The notes beneath the pieces were generated by a model. That model was not told where the DNA came from, ran no database searches, and saw only the letters and a program-made list of their open reading frames with translations. Source: Candidatus Heimdallarchaeota archaeon (lineage in GTDB: Archaea > Asgardarchaeota > Heimdallarchaeia > Heimdallarchaeales > Heimdallarchaeaceae). Taken from it: a stretch of 64,000 nt of DNA. How positions within the stretch are numbered: the stretch's first letter is position 1; every line of letters begins with the position of its first letter. Position numbers and translations under genes: made by a program. This document shows, piece by piece, positions 19,381 through 29,637 of the stretch. The stretch is taken from contig JABCTC010000014.1 of assembly GCA_018238545.1 (NCBI GenBank), forward strand, positions 15,933 through 79,932. Reading direction: 5' to 3'.

Positions 19381-22140
19381 CTAAACCATCTTTTTGATAA
19401 TCTCTTTCGCTTGAATTAGGATATGGGGTATTTTGTCTACTGCTAATCCTCCACCTATGGCTACTTCTCCTTTTCCTCCACCAGATCCCCCAGCAATTGT
19501 TGATAATTCTTTTATTACAGCTACAATATCAAAATCCAGCTCTTTGTTTCTCGCACCAACTAAAACTACCCTATTGCTATCTGAGGAAACTAGAATGCAT
19601 ATTCCATTTGGATATTGTTTAACAGCTTCTGTAGCTTGAAGAATTAACTCTTTTTGACCACCACTTGCTTCTTGAACAATAACGTCAATCTGTTCTATTT
19701 TCTCTGGTTTTGTTGAATTATTGGAGTATTGCAACTCAGCAATTTTCTTTGTTAGAACTTCAATTGTCTTTTTCTGTTCCTTCCACTCATTGAAAAACCT
19801 CTTTGCTGTTTTTGGTAGCATTTTAGGTTCAACACTTAAGATAGCAGAAGATTCCTTGAGTATGTTTTCTTGCTCTTGAATGTATCTTAGAGCAGGTTCT
19901 CCTGCCAAAATGTCCAATCTTACAATACCATCTTGTATCCTCTCGCTACTTGTAAGTTTGATTATCCCGATATCACCTGTATTATCTAAATGTGTTCCAC
20001 CACAAGCTTCAGTATCCCATTTATCAATTGAAACAATATGAAGCGTTTTTCCAGGAACAACTCCACCTTGATAAATTTGAAAACCATAATCTTTCTCTGC
20101 TTCATCTCGATCTACATCTACTTTTGAAATCTTTCTCTTCTCGAAGATAATTCTATTTGCAATATTTTCCATCTCTTGTAGTTCTTCAGTGCTAACGGAT
20201 TGATAATGTGTGATGTCCAACCTTGCTTTTTTCTCTGTTTTGTCCGCTCCTGCTTGCCAAATATGTTTTCCTAGTACCTCTCGCGCAGCATTATTAATAA
20301 CATGAACTGCAGTATGGTGGCGCATTATTGCCATTCTCCTCTTTGAATCAATTTCTCCAGTAATTGTCATTCCTTTCTTTAAGTCACACCGCTCTTTTAA
20401 TTTATGCAAAATAGAAGAACCTCTTTTTACAACTTCAACAACATAATATTTCTTTGCTTCAAATACAATGGTTCCTGTATCATGAATTTGACCCCCACCT
20501 GTAGGATAAAACATAGTTTTGTCAAGAATCAAATATTGATCACTAATGATTTCTAAAATTTTTGCTGTAAATTTACTTTTGTAAACATTCTCATAGTAGA
20601 GTAGATCAGTTTGAAACTCCTTTTCTAGTTGTATCTCTGTTTCATCTTTTCTAATCTTTTGCTGTTTCTTTTGTTCAGCAAAATATTCTTCAATCCTGAT
20701 ATAGAAATCTTCAGGCACATCTATTTCTAAATTCTTCTCTTTTGCAAGTTCTTTAACCATCAATGGATTAATGCCATTATTCTGATAAAGATCTACAAGT
20801 GTTTTGAAACTGAATTCAGTTTTCTCTTGTAGTAATTTGCTGATTATTCTTCTACCAGATTTTTTAGTTTCACTATAACGCTTAACTTCTAAATCTACTA
20901 TCTTATGAATCTCCTCCTTATGTTCCTTTACTCTTGGGAAGGAAACGCTTAGATTATTAATTTGAAAATCAAATAATTTTTCGATAGAAAATTGCAATTT
21001 GTACAGTTCCTTCAAAGCAATGATTCTACGAAGTAAAATTCTTAGATTATACCCTCCTCCAACGTTAGATGGAATTGCTCCATCTGCGATGGTCATGGAT
21101 AAAGTTCTAGCATGATCTCCAATTGCATAAATTGCTTCTTGTGGTCCTAGAATATCAAGCATTTCTTCATAAGACATCCCTAGCTTGCCAGCTAATTCCA
21201 CCCGCTCTTCTTTAAGATCCTTGACGTCTTCTACTGCTAATAGACCAGATAACTTACTGTAATCCATTAGTAATTTTTGATCTACTTTGTATCCATTTTC
21301 TTTTTGTAAATATTCTATAACATTTGGAAAAATCGCTTCGTAAATAGTTGGAGTACCTTGAGTGAACCATGATGTTCTGTCAAGTCCCCAACCAACATCT
21401 ATAACTTGCATATCAAGCTTCTTTACAGCTCCGTTTTCAAAACCATAGGCAATAAAAACGTTGTTTACAAGTTCTGTTCCATATGCAAAAGCTTCAAGGT
21501 TTGGACCAAAATTTCCTCCACCAGACCAAATTCCTTCTGCATAAGTAATTTCTTCAGGTTTGAGACCAATTTCTTCAGTTAGGTATTGGAAGTTTAGATC
21601 AATACACCTATCCATCCAATAACCACCAGTCAGTTTCTCTGAATTAAACGCGTGCTGACCAAACATAACAAAGCTTGTTAGATGTCTAGCTGTTTTTCCT
21701 ATATTGTCTATATCGGAGAACTCTCCACCTGTTCGTATACACATCTGAGGGACTACTAATGGGTTAGCAGGTGGGTCAATAATGCCCTCTAATACCCAAG
21801 GTTGAAAATCTGCAATGGAAGCAATTGTAAATTCCATATCGGCTCTCCATCTAGCAACAACAGGATAGTCCTTAATGGCAGTATGGCCATTTTTTACAAA
21901 GAAGTTTGTTAAACTTTTAATAGTTTCATCAAAATTAAGGTTCGTGCCCTTTTTTCCTAAGAACTGGTATCCACCGGAACAACGGGTGTCACCACAAGTT
22001 TCTTGATCAGAAACTAAAGTCCAAAATTTATGATTACAAATTGAACAAGATTTTCTAATGAAACCTTTTTCTTTGAAGAGTTTCACCTCATAATCTTCTC
22101 TTTTGAACTTTTCTTTTAGTTGTTTTTTAGACATAGACAT
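19381..22140 (-). CDS. alaS: Alanyl-tRNA synthetase (archaeal type)
   Basis: YPVVARWR, FTIASIADFQP, RHLTSF, GGGYNLR, HHTAVH, EACGGTH, DHHA1 GGSGGG. Start corrected to MSMSKK, which removes the overlap with the divergent gene. Confidence 0.96.
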   Translation of the reverse strand: MSMSKKQLKEKFKREDYEVKLFKEKGFIRKSCSICNHKFWTLVSDQETCGDTRCSGGYQFLGKKGTNLNFDETIKSLTNFFVKNGHTAIKDYPVVARWRADMEFTIASIADFQPWVLEGIIDPPANPLVVPQMCIRTGGEFSDIDNIGKTARHLTSFVMFGQHAFNSEKLTGGYWMDRCIDLNFQYLTEEIGLKPEEITYAEGIWSGGGNFGPNLEAFAYGTELVNNVFIAYGFENGAVKKLDMQVIDVGWGLDRTSWFTQGTPTIYEAIFPNVIEYLQKENGYKVDQKLLMDYSKLSGLLAVEDVKDLKEERVELAGKLGMSYEEMLDILGPQEAIYAIGDHARTLSMTIADGAIPSNVGGGYNLRILLRRIIALKELYKLQFSIEKLFDFQINNLSVSFPRVKEHKEEIHKIVDLEVKRYSETKKSGRRIISKLLQEKTEFSFKTLVDLYQNNGINPLMVKELAKEKNLEIDVPEDFYIRIEEYFAEQKKQQKIRKDETEIQLEKEFQTDLLYYENVYKSKFTAKILEIISDQYLILDKTMFYPTGGGQIHDTGTIVFEAKKYYVVEVVKRGSSILHKLKERCDLKKGMTITGEIDSKRRMAIMRHHTAVHVINNAAREVLGKHIWQAGADKTEKKARLDITHYQSVSTEELQEMENIANRIIFEKRKISKVDVDRDEAEKDYGFQIYQGGVVPGKTLHIVSIDKWDTEACGGTHLDNTGDIGIIKLTSSERIQDGIVRLDILAGEPALRYIQEQENILKESSAILSVEPKMLPKTAKRFFNEWKEQKKTIEVLTKKIAELQYSNNSTKPEKIEQIDVIVQEASGGQKELILQATEAVKQYPNGICILVSSDSNRVVLVGARNKELDFDIVAVIKELSTIAGGSGGGKGEVAIGGGLAVDKIPHILIQAKEIIKKMV

Positions 22141-22246
22141 AAGTAATCTATATTTAGGAAAGAGCTGAAATATAATAAAATTTTGCTTCAATATTAATTT
22201 TATTGAGTGACAATATCTTTTTAAGAGTTTTTTACCGCATTTTTGT

Positions 22247-23437
22247 ATGAAAAAGATTAGAATTGAAGAATTGCAAGGAGATAACATTGATCCAATACTC
22301 GAAATGGCCTTCTATGCTTTTTTCAGCTCTCCTGGTAATCTCGAGCAAATGGTTAAAAAAAAACCATTCTTCAAAGAAGATCTGTGTTTAGCTCTTTATG
22401 AAAATGATGAAGTTGTAGCAGGTTTAATGTGTAAACCTATAATGCAAAATGTTCGAGGAGCCATTAAACCCATGTGTGGTGTTGCAGAAGTTGTAACTAA
22501 ACCTGAAGCTCGAAGGCAAGGTTACTCTAAAAAATTGATGAATTTGGCTCTAAAGAAAATGAAAGTGCAAGGACAGATATTCTCAACATTGTATCCTTTC
22601 AAGGAGTCGTTTTACGAAAAATTAGGTTATATTACTTTCCCTCAATATAGAAATGCTATTTTCTCACCAACCTCTTTAGTTAGTCTATTGAAGGAAAATT
22701 ATGAAGGAAAAATTGAAAGGGTTAACATAAAAGACGGGTTAGATATTTATCTGAATTTCTTAGAAAAAATTCAGAAAAAGGTTCATGGAATGGGGATAAA
22801 ACATAGAACTGAGCAAGAACGTTTAAAGGAATCACCAAATTTCTGGTTAGCAATTGCTAGAAATAACGAAGACGAAGTAATTGGTATAATGACTTATCGA
22901 ATAACTGGTTTCTGGAAGGAATTAAAGGTAAGAAGTTTTTTCTATATTAATTCTCTAGCTAAGTATTTGCTCTTACAATGGTTAGCTCATCATTCAGATC
23001 AAGTTAGAGAAGTTCATTTGCCTGTTCCTCATCATACTTATCCTGAAACTTGGTACAATGATACATTCTGGGGAGAGAAAGGGAAAATTGTAAATAGAGA
23101 ATGGGTGCCTTCTGTGATGGGTAGAGTGGTTTCTGTAAATGAATTATCTGGAATAAATGTTGGAGAAGGGAAAGTGTCAATTAAAATCACAGATGAGCAA
23201 TGTGAATGGAATAATAATTCATATGTTTTTACAGGTAGTAATGGTGTTCTAGAAGTTTCAGAGACCTCAGATTATGACTGCGAACTTACTATACAAGGAT
23301 TTTCAGCAATTGTTTATGGATGTTATAACTTGGATGATTTTCCATTCAAGAAATGGGGTAATATATCAGAAGAAACTAAAATCAAAATTGAAAATCTGTT
23401 TCCACCAGCTTATCCATATCTACATGCTGACTTTTGA
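22247..23437 (+). CDS. Eis-like GNAT acetyltransferase
   Basis: GVAEVVTKPEARRQG, STLYPF..SFYEKLGY, C-terminal SCP2-like region (DEQCEWNN). Confidence 0.88.
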   Translation: MKKIRIEELQGDNIDPILEMAFYAFFSSPGNLEQMVKKKPFFKEDLCLALYENDEVVAGLMCKPIMQNVRGAIKPMCGVAEVVTKPEARRQGYSKKLMNLALKKMKVQGQIFSTLYPFKESFYEKLGYITFPQYRNAIFSPTSLVSLLKENYEGKIERVNIKDGLDIYLNFLEKIQKKVHGMGIKHRTEQERLKESPNFWLAIARNNEDEVIGIMTYRITGFWKELKVRSFFYINSLAKYLLLQWLAHHSDQVREVHLPVPHHTYPETWYNDTFWGEKGKIVNREWVPSVMGRVVSVNELSGINVGEGKVSIKITDEQCEWNNNSYVFTGSNGVLEVSETSDYDCELTIQGFSAIVYGCYNLDDFPFKKWGNISEETKIKIENLFPPAYPYLHADF

Positions 23438-23459
23438 TTTACAGAAGTTTCTCACTTTT

Positions 23460-24437
23460 TTACATTAAAGCTTCCCAGACTGTTGGAGCCGAATCTGGGT
23501 AGAAATTTTTTATGTCCTTTATTACAATAGCAATTTGACCAGTCTTTCCATGAACAGAGTAAGGCATTCTACTAACTCTATTGGTGTCCATCGTTACTTT
23601 TCTATCAATTCTTGGGTAACGGCGCAAAACTATCTCACTAGAGAGTTTCTTTCTAACAGCTGAATCATTGGGGATGAGAATATTGTACTTTGTGTGATCA
23701 AAATCATCACTATTTTGAACCTGTTTTATGATGTCTTTCGCTTTATTTACAGATATGCCAAATTCATGTAATTTCTTAGATGTTACTTTTTCAAGATAAG
23801 ATTTGGCAGTAAGAGCATAAATTCTATTTCTCAAAGGTTTGGCTTCATTAGGAATTTCATCTATAGATTGAGATCGTTTTTCATCATGGATAAATGTTAA
23901 ATAGTCTAGAATTGCAACTCTTTCATTTTTATCAAATTTTTGAATAATAGGATCCCTTACCCATCCATGCACTCCTCTTCTTCCGGAAAAAATCCAGATT
24001 ATATCGTTAAAACCAAAATCTTCTCGCATTGTTTGATCGATAAAGACTGCTGCATCTTGAATGAGAGACCAACATTCTTTACAGTATTGAGCACCTTGAC
24101 AACCACAGGTTCTCACTAAATCATATTCATCAATATCAATATCATAGATAAATTCCCTATAGTTCCACTTTAGTTTCTGTATTGGATGTTCTTTTGATGG
24201 AGGAGTATCGAAAACTGCCCCAACATAGGCATCTTTTACGGAATTTTTTACCATAAACTCTAGCAGTTTTTCTGTGTTCTTAAAAGAAATATTTCTCACA
24301 AATCTGTTTTTACCAACCACAAAACCAAATTCTCTATTCTTAAAATTGGAGAGACCTATAAATGACATGAATTTGTCAATTGGAAATTTTGTTTCATAAT
24401 AAGTAGAGATTATTTCTGGTGTCAATTTCTTTTTCAT
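23460..24437 (-). CDS. priS: DNA primase small (catalytic) subunit
   Basis: NREFGF, EFIYDIDIDEY, Zn CGC..CKECW, FSGRRGVH, RIDRKVT..RMPYSVHGKTG. Confidence 0.95.
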   Translation of the reverse strand: MKKKLTPEIISTYYETKFPIDKFMSFIGLSNFKNREFGFVVGKNRFVRNISFKNTEKLLEFMVKNSVKDAYVGAVFDTPPSKEHPIQKLKWNYREFIYDIDIDEYDLVRTCGCQGAQYCKECWSLIQDAAVFIDQTMREDFGFNDIIWIFSGRRGVHGWVRDPIIQKFDKNERVAILDYLTFIHDEKRSQSIDEIPNEAKPLRNRIYALTAKSYLEKVTSKKLHEFGISVNKAKDIIKQVQNSDDFDHTKYNILIPNDSAVRKKLSSEIVLRRYPRIDRKVTMDTNRVSRMPYSVHGKTGQIAIVIKDIKNFYPDSAPTVWEALM

Positions 24438-24439
24438 AT

Positions 24440-25807
24440 CTAGACCTTCTTTTGCTTGTCATTTGTTTTTGAATTGTTTGTTTTAGTTTCCTTCTTCTTA
24501 TAGAAGCGCTTGTATGCATCTTGGGCATATTTTAACATGTGATTTATTTGAAATCCTCTAACTTTCCAACCAGTTAATAATGTAAAATACCTTGCGCACG
24601 CTGATTGATATCTCTGGTTTATGATTAATCTGGAAATTTCCTCTATCGCTTTATCTACAACTTCACTATTTCTTTTAGACATCTTTACTTTGATATCTTC
24701 AATTATGTCTTCGAGTTTTTTGTGAGCCCAATAACAGTAATATCCATTAATACACGTTTTGCAGCTTGGAGGATCATAGTCAACACCACCACCAGTTTTG
24801 CCATAAATATGATTGATTTGGTATCCTACACGTTGAACAAATTCTTCATAAGACATCCCAACATTATCAATTGAATTGCTATACCAAAATCGTAATTGAT
24901 CATCTACACTCATACCTATCCTTTTCAAAAATGTTCCAAGTTGCCAGTTTTCAACATGGGAAAGATGCCCTTTAGCTTTCAGTGTGGTAACTAATTCTTG
25001 GATACAAGGTGGGAATATATCCGGTTTGGTGTGTATGGCGTCTCCTTCAGCAAACCCTAGATTCTTGAAATCTCCAGAATATCTTGTTGATCTCGCAATT
25101 TTTGATATTCTATCTTTGATTGGTTTAACTGTTACTTCTAATTCCTCGTCCTTTTCGATTAAAACTTTAGATTTTTCTATAACATCTTTTAGTTGTTTCT
25201 CAAACTCTCTTTTTACTGAAAGTCGGATATCAGCTAATCTAACTATCCCCCAACCTTTATAGAGCAAAGCTTTCTTTGCTCCTATGACCTTAGGAATTTT
25301 ATGAAAACGAACAGCTAATCTTGTATCTAGAACCTTCACCTTTGATCCATATTTTTGTTTTGATTTTGCATACTTACCAGATCTGTAAACTGAGTCTGCT
25401 AAGTTGAATTCTCGGTTCAGATTTATTTTGAAAAGTTCATTAATTTCTTCTGTAGTTTTTACATTATTTTTTCCATATAAATCTTTTAAAACTTGGATTC
25501 TTTCCTCAAATTTATTACTGCTAATAAAACGGAATTCGAAAAGATCTCCTTCAACTTCTACTAACCAAGAACTTAATCTTGGATCTGTTGCTACAGCAAG
25601 TCTAAGAAGAAGATGCCCCCCTATATCTTCTGATATCGTTGAAAACCAATCCTCATCGGACATCCAGTTAGGTCTATTTATAATCCACTCATCTTCAGCT
25701 AAAAAACGTTCTAATCTTGTTTCTGCAAATTTGTACCAACTAGCTACGTCTATACTAATGTCTCCTGGATCTTTTAATACATACCAATCTGGAAGCTTGA
25801 TAGACAT
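24440..25807 (-). CDS. priL: DNA primase large subunit (eukaryote-like PRIM2 type)
   Basis: GHLLLRLA, E.DLFEFRF, FPPCI, HLSH...LGTFLKRIG, YQINHIYG..DYDPPSCKTC (Fe-S domain). Confidence 0.92.
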   Translation of the reverse strand: MSIKLPDWYVLKDPGDISIDVASWYKFAETRLERFLAEDEWIINRPNWMSDEDWFSTISEDIGGHLLLRLAVATDPRLSSWLVEVEGDLFEFRFISSNKFEERIQVLKDLYGKNNVKTTEEINELFKINLNREFNLADSVYRSGKYAKSKQKYGSKVKVLDTRLAVRFHKIPKVIGAKKALLYKGWGIVRLADIRLSVKREFEKQLKDVIEKSKVLIEKDEELEVTVKPIKDRISKIARSTRYSGDFKNLGFAEGDAIHTKPDIFPPCIQELVTTLKAKGHLSHVENWQLGTFLKRIGMSVDDQLRFWYSNSIDNVGMSYEEFVQRVGYQINHIYGKTGGGVDYDPPSCKTCINGYYCYWAHKKLEDIIEDIKVKMSKRNSEVVDKAIEEISRLIINQRYQSACARYFTLLTGWKVRGFQINHMLKYAQDAYKRFYKKKETKTNNSKTNDKQKKV

Positions 25808-25834
25808 GAGATACTCCTTTCTCTATGTCCTTAT

Positions 25835-26977
25835 TTAGTCTGACTTATTAAAAAATTGTGCTAAAGTTTTTTGATGAGCATCTATTTTTTTTAGATTTGA
25901 TATTTTTACACCAACTAATCTTATACTAAAAGGGTTTTTTGAAGAATATTCTTCTAATAAACCCCTTACTACCTCTCTAACTTGCTTTTCAGATGTTTCA
26001 TGACATTGAAGAGAACGAGCTCTTGTAGCTGTTTCAAAATCATTGAACCTTATTTTTAGAGTTATCGTTCTAAAATGCATTTTCTTTTCTTTAGCTTTTG
26101 AAACTATAGTTTTTATAGCAGAATCAATATGAATCCAAATGTCCAACCACGAGCTATAATTGTTGAAGAATGTACGTTCTTCACTTATCGATTTCCTTTC
26201 GTGATTACTGAATTTGTCATCAGTTTTTTCTGTATTATAACCATTAACTAACTTCCATGTCTTCAATCCGTATTTTCCGAATCTTTGGAATACTATCTGA
26301 TATGGTAAATTAGCTAAATCACCGCAAGTTTCTATCGATTTGCTTTGAAATACTTGGTAGCTTTTTTTACCTATTCCGGGAATAACCGTTATTTTTAAAG
26401 GTGCAAGAAATTCACTTATCTCCAAGGGTTTTAACACAGTTAATCCATTAGGTTTATCTACTTCACTTGCAATTTTCGCTAATATTTTTGTTGGTGCAAC
26501 ACCTATAGAGCAAGTTAAATGCTCACTTGCATAGACATCGTCCTTCAACTCCATTGCTAATCTTTTAGCTTCTTCATAATCACTAACTACATTAGTGATA
26601 TCTAGATATGCTTCATCATTTCCTGCTATCTTCATAATAGGAGAATAATTGGATAAAACCTTCATAATATTTTCTGATACTTTAGAGTAGAGATTGTAAG
26701 TTCCTCTGACCATTGTAACGTGAGGGCATAATTTCACTGCTTGAGAAATGGGCATGCCTGAATGAATGCCATACTCTCTAGCTTCGTAAGAGCAAGTACT
26801 TACTACTCCTCTCTTTGTCTGAGGATTACCTCCTACAATTAAGGGAATACCAGAAAGTTTTGGATTTTCTCGAATTTCAACACTAGCAAAAAAAGCATCT
26901 AAATCCATGTATAAGATGATTTTATCAAATGATTGTTCCTTTTCAGAGAAATATGTCATTTGATTAGCTAATGTCAT
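25835..26977 (-). CDS. dinB: Y-family DNA polymerase IV
   Basis: MDLDAFFASVE, STCSYEAR..G, DEAYLD, LAKIAS..KPNG, KSISEERTF, IRLVGV. Confidence 0.95.
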   Translation of the reverse strand: MTLANQMTYFSEKEQSFDKIILYMDLDAFFASVEIRENPKLSGIPLIVGGNPQTKRGVVSTCSYEAREYGIHSGMPISQAVKLCPHVTMVRGTYNLYSKVSENIMKVLSNYSPIMKIAGNDEAYLDITNVVSDYEEAKRLAMELKDDVYASEHLTCSIGVAPTKILAKIASEVDKPNGLTVLKPLEISEFLAPLKITVIPGIGKKSYQVFQSKSIETCGDLANLPYQIVFQRFGKYGLKTWKLVNGYNTEKTDDKFSNHERKSISEERTFFNNYSSWLDIWIHIDSAIKTIVSKAKEKKMHFRTITLKIRFNDFETATRARSLQCHETSEKQVREVVRGLLEEYSSKNPFSIRLVGVKISNLKKIDAHQKTLAQFFNKSD

Positions 26978-27035
26978 ACTAGCTTAAGGTGATTTTAATA
27001 TAAAAATACAAAAAAGAAAAAAATGAAGTAAAGGG

Positions 27036-29084
27036 TTATTTTCTTCTCTTAACAAAGAAGATAGATGTTATACCAATCAATCCAATTATTATAATGAAGA
27101 ACCCTAATTCAGTGAATTCAGTTGCAGCTGTAATCTCTACATCTCCGGGAGATGGAGTGTCAATTATGAAATCAGTATCGCAGTTGTTAGTATCTTCATT
27201 AGCTGGATATCTTTGTAAGGTTTCATCCTCACCTGTGGTAGAACCGCTCCAAGAAGTTGTACCTGATGCGCTTCCTGATCCCCAAGCAACTGCATCTTTG
27301 GTGTTTCCTGCTGAATCCTTTAGTATCACTTCATCACCAGTATTTCCAAGAGCTAAATTTCCAAGACCATAATCTGCTGCAGCTACTGTTATGCCTAAAG
27401 CACTCATTTCACTAACATAAGTTGCACTATCTTGAGCAAATACTAAAACCTCAGAACTACTAATTTCTGCTCCTTCAGGTATTGTGATTACGCCTTCATT
27501 GTCTGTTATCGTCCATCCTTCAATAGATACAGCAAAACTAAAACCATTATAGATTTCAGCATACTCGCCATTTGGTTCTGAATCGCCATCATACCTAACT
27601 TCTGATATTAGGAGTAACCAATCTCCAGTGTTGATAATATTAACATCTTTTATGATTTCTATCGGACTTCCCACTGTTGGTGTTCCTATTATTTTGATTG
27701 TGTGAATACCATCAGTATATGATGATGTATCAACACTTTTGCTTACAATTCCAATTGGATTTGTCCAAGTATGAATTGAAACAGAATCTATCAGCAGTTC
27801 ACCGGAAGTATATGTGTTTACTGCAAATGAGGCTTGAAAGTTGTAATTTCCAGAAGCAATTCCACCTGGAGTTGGTGATACAAGAGCAACTGGTTGAGCA
27901 TAACCAACTGGAGTTTCTCCAGCAGCCCAATCATAGTCAAATACTGTTTTGAAATAAGCTGCTACATTTGCATTCTTTACTATAGCTCCAGCTTCCCGAT
28001 TATTTACAAACGAGTTATTAGACCAGTTTATACTAGAAACTTGAACTGTTTCATCATCAACTGAAATATATTTATTGTGATCATACATTCCTTTGAAGAA
28101 CTTAACTTGAATACCATTATTAATTAATAATTCAGTTACATTTCCAGTAGCTGAATCAGGTTCAGGAATTAGAACTCTTACAGCTACTCCTCTTAAAGCT
28201 GCATCTATAACATCATACAAAGCATCACAATCAAATTTGATGTATTGTAATTCTAAATCTATAGAAGTTGTAGCGTTTTTTATCATACTAGAAATAAGCT
28301 CGTAACTGTTATCTGGAGCGAATATTGGTGTTACTTCAGCGTATTCAACAAAGGTAGTTGGAGAAAATGGGTGTTCGTATGTACCGCTTGTTTCAGGTGA
28401 TTGTAAATCGTCTCCATGGACCATTACTGAATATGGTGTGGAAATTAAACCATCATCATTAAACACATCTTCGTAATATGCTGCTATACTAGCATCATTA
28501 AACACAAATCCCATCTCTCTATTCGTTCTAGCTTCAGGTGATTCAGGCATGCTTGATGGTGCCCAGTTACCTGAATAAACGTATGCGATTTGACTATCTA
28601 CAATCCAGAACTTTGCGTGAGTGAAAACAAATGTAGAACTTGTCCAGTATACATCAATTCCAGCATCATTTAACCTCCATGCTGCTTCTTCTGTGTAGGC
28701 ATCTTCATAACTATTAACTCTATCATCAGACAGTTGAACAATGACTTCAACACCTCTGCCATGTGCTGCGATCAATTCATCAACTAAAGATTCACTCGAA
28801 AGCGTGTAGACTTCTAAATAAAAAGAAGTTACGGCATTCTTTATAGATCCTATCACTATAGCATGAGCATTATCTGGTCCTACGAAAGCTGTGATATTTG
28901 TAGTTCCTTTAAAAGTCGTCGTCGTAAGTGCGTCAAGTTTTGTATCAGTTGGTGTTTGTATGTTGGATTCTTCCCCTGAGACAGTATGTGAAAAATCAAG
29001 AACTACAAACGAACTGAATAGTAAAACTAACAAGACAAAATTAGTAATCTTTATTCTTTTCATAATTATATGATATTTTTTCAC
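27036..29084 (-). CDS. Secreted/anchored phospholipase D-family protein with lamin-tail domain
   Basis: Two HKD motifs (HAKFWIVD, HNKYISVD), LTD (LLISEVRYD..EYAEIYN..LGNTGDEVIL), signal peptide and TM-KRRK tail. Confidence 0.88.
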   Translation of the reverse strand: MKKYHIIMKRIKITNFVLLVLLFSSFVVLDFSHTVSGEESNIQTPTDTKLDALTTTTFKGTTNITAFVGPDNAHAIVIGSIKNAVTSFYLEVYTLSSESLVDELIAAHGRGVEVIVQLSDDRVNSYEDAYTEEAAWRLNDAGIDVYWTSSTFVFTHAKFWIVDSQIAYVYSGNWAPSSMPESPEARTNREMGFVFNDASIAAYYEDVFNDDGLISTPYSVMVHGDDLQSPETSGTYEHPFSPTTFVEYAEVTPIFAPDNSYELISSMIKNATTSIDLELQYIKFDCDALYDVIDAALRGVAVRVLIPEPDSATGNVTELLINNGIQVKFFKGMYDHNKYISVDDETVQVSSINWSNNSFVNNREAGAIVKNANVAAYFKTVFDYDWAAGETPVGYAQPVALVSPTPGGIASGNYNFQASFAVNTYTSGELLIDSVSIHTWTNPIGIVSKSVDTSSYTDGIHTIKIIGTPTVGSPIEIIKDVNIINTGDWLLLISEVRYDGDSEPNGEYAEIYNGFSFAVSIEGWTITDNEGVITIPEGAEISSSEVLVFAQDSATYVSEMSALGITVAAADYGLGNLALGNTGDEVILKDSAGNTKDAVAWGSGSASGTTSWSGSTTGEDETLQRYPANEDTNNCDTDFIIDTPSPGDVEITAATEFTELGFFIIIIGLIGITSIFFVKRRK

Positions 29085-29126
29085 TTAATAAATATTTATC
29101 GACAAAACAAAAATTTGAAATGCTGT

Positions 29127-29597
29127 TTACAGTATTTTCTCTAAAATTTCATAAGCATTTACTATATCTGCAGAAGCTGAAGATCTTCTTGCTGCTGACC
29201 TTAACATTCGTGAATATTGTCTTAAATCTCTATCTGTTACATCTAACAGAGTCATTATGTCTTCTTTTGTTAGTTTATCTGCGTTAGGGATTTCATTCAA
29301 TTCAGAAGCAAATGCGAGAGGTGTCATTTTTTCAACTATTTTTTGAATTGGTTCTCCAAAAAACTGTTTTAGGTAAATTATATCTTCATCCTTAGCTCCC
29401 CATACATATATCAACGTTTTTTGATCTCTAAATTTTTCTACGATTTTAATTTTAGATTTAACAAAAACAAATTTTCCTTTACCAATATCCTGTTCTAACA
29501 CAGATGTTTGATAATATTCTGCAATTTTCTCTAATTGGTTTGAGATATTTTGCTTATTTTCAGGTTCAAAAATGACTTTCATATTACTACTTTTCAT
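29127..29597 (-). CDS. Hypothetical protein
   Basis: 156-aa ORF filling the gap between same-strand genes. Confidence 0.7.
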   Translation of the reverse strand: MKSSNMKVIFEPENKQNISNQLEKIAEYYQTSVLEQDIGKGKFVFVKSKIKIVEKFRDQKTLIYVWGAKDEDIIYLKQFFGEPIQKIVEKMTPLAFASELNEIPNADKLTKEDIMTLLDVTDRDLRQYSRMLRSAARRSSASADIVNAYEILEKIL

Positions 29598-29637
29598 ACT
29601 TAAAATAAAATTGTTTCTAACGAATCATTGTATTCTC

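Noticed and set aside
22141-22287. Apparent N-terminal extension of AlaRS overlapping the divergent GNAT gene
   Set aside because: Artefact of choosing the most upstream start; homology begins at MSMSKK (22140/22134).
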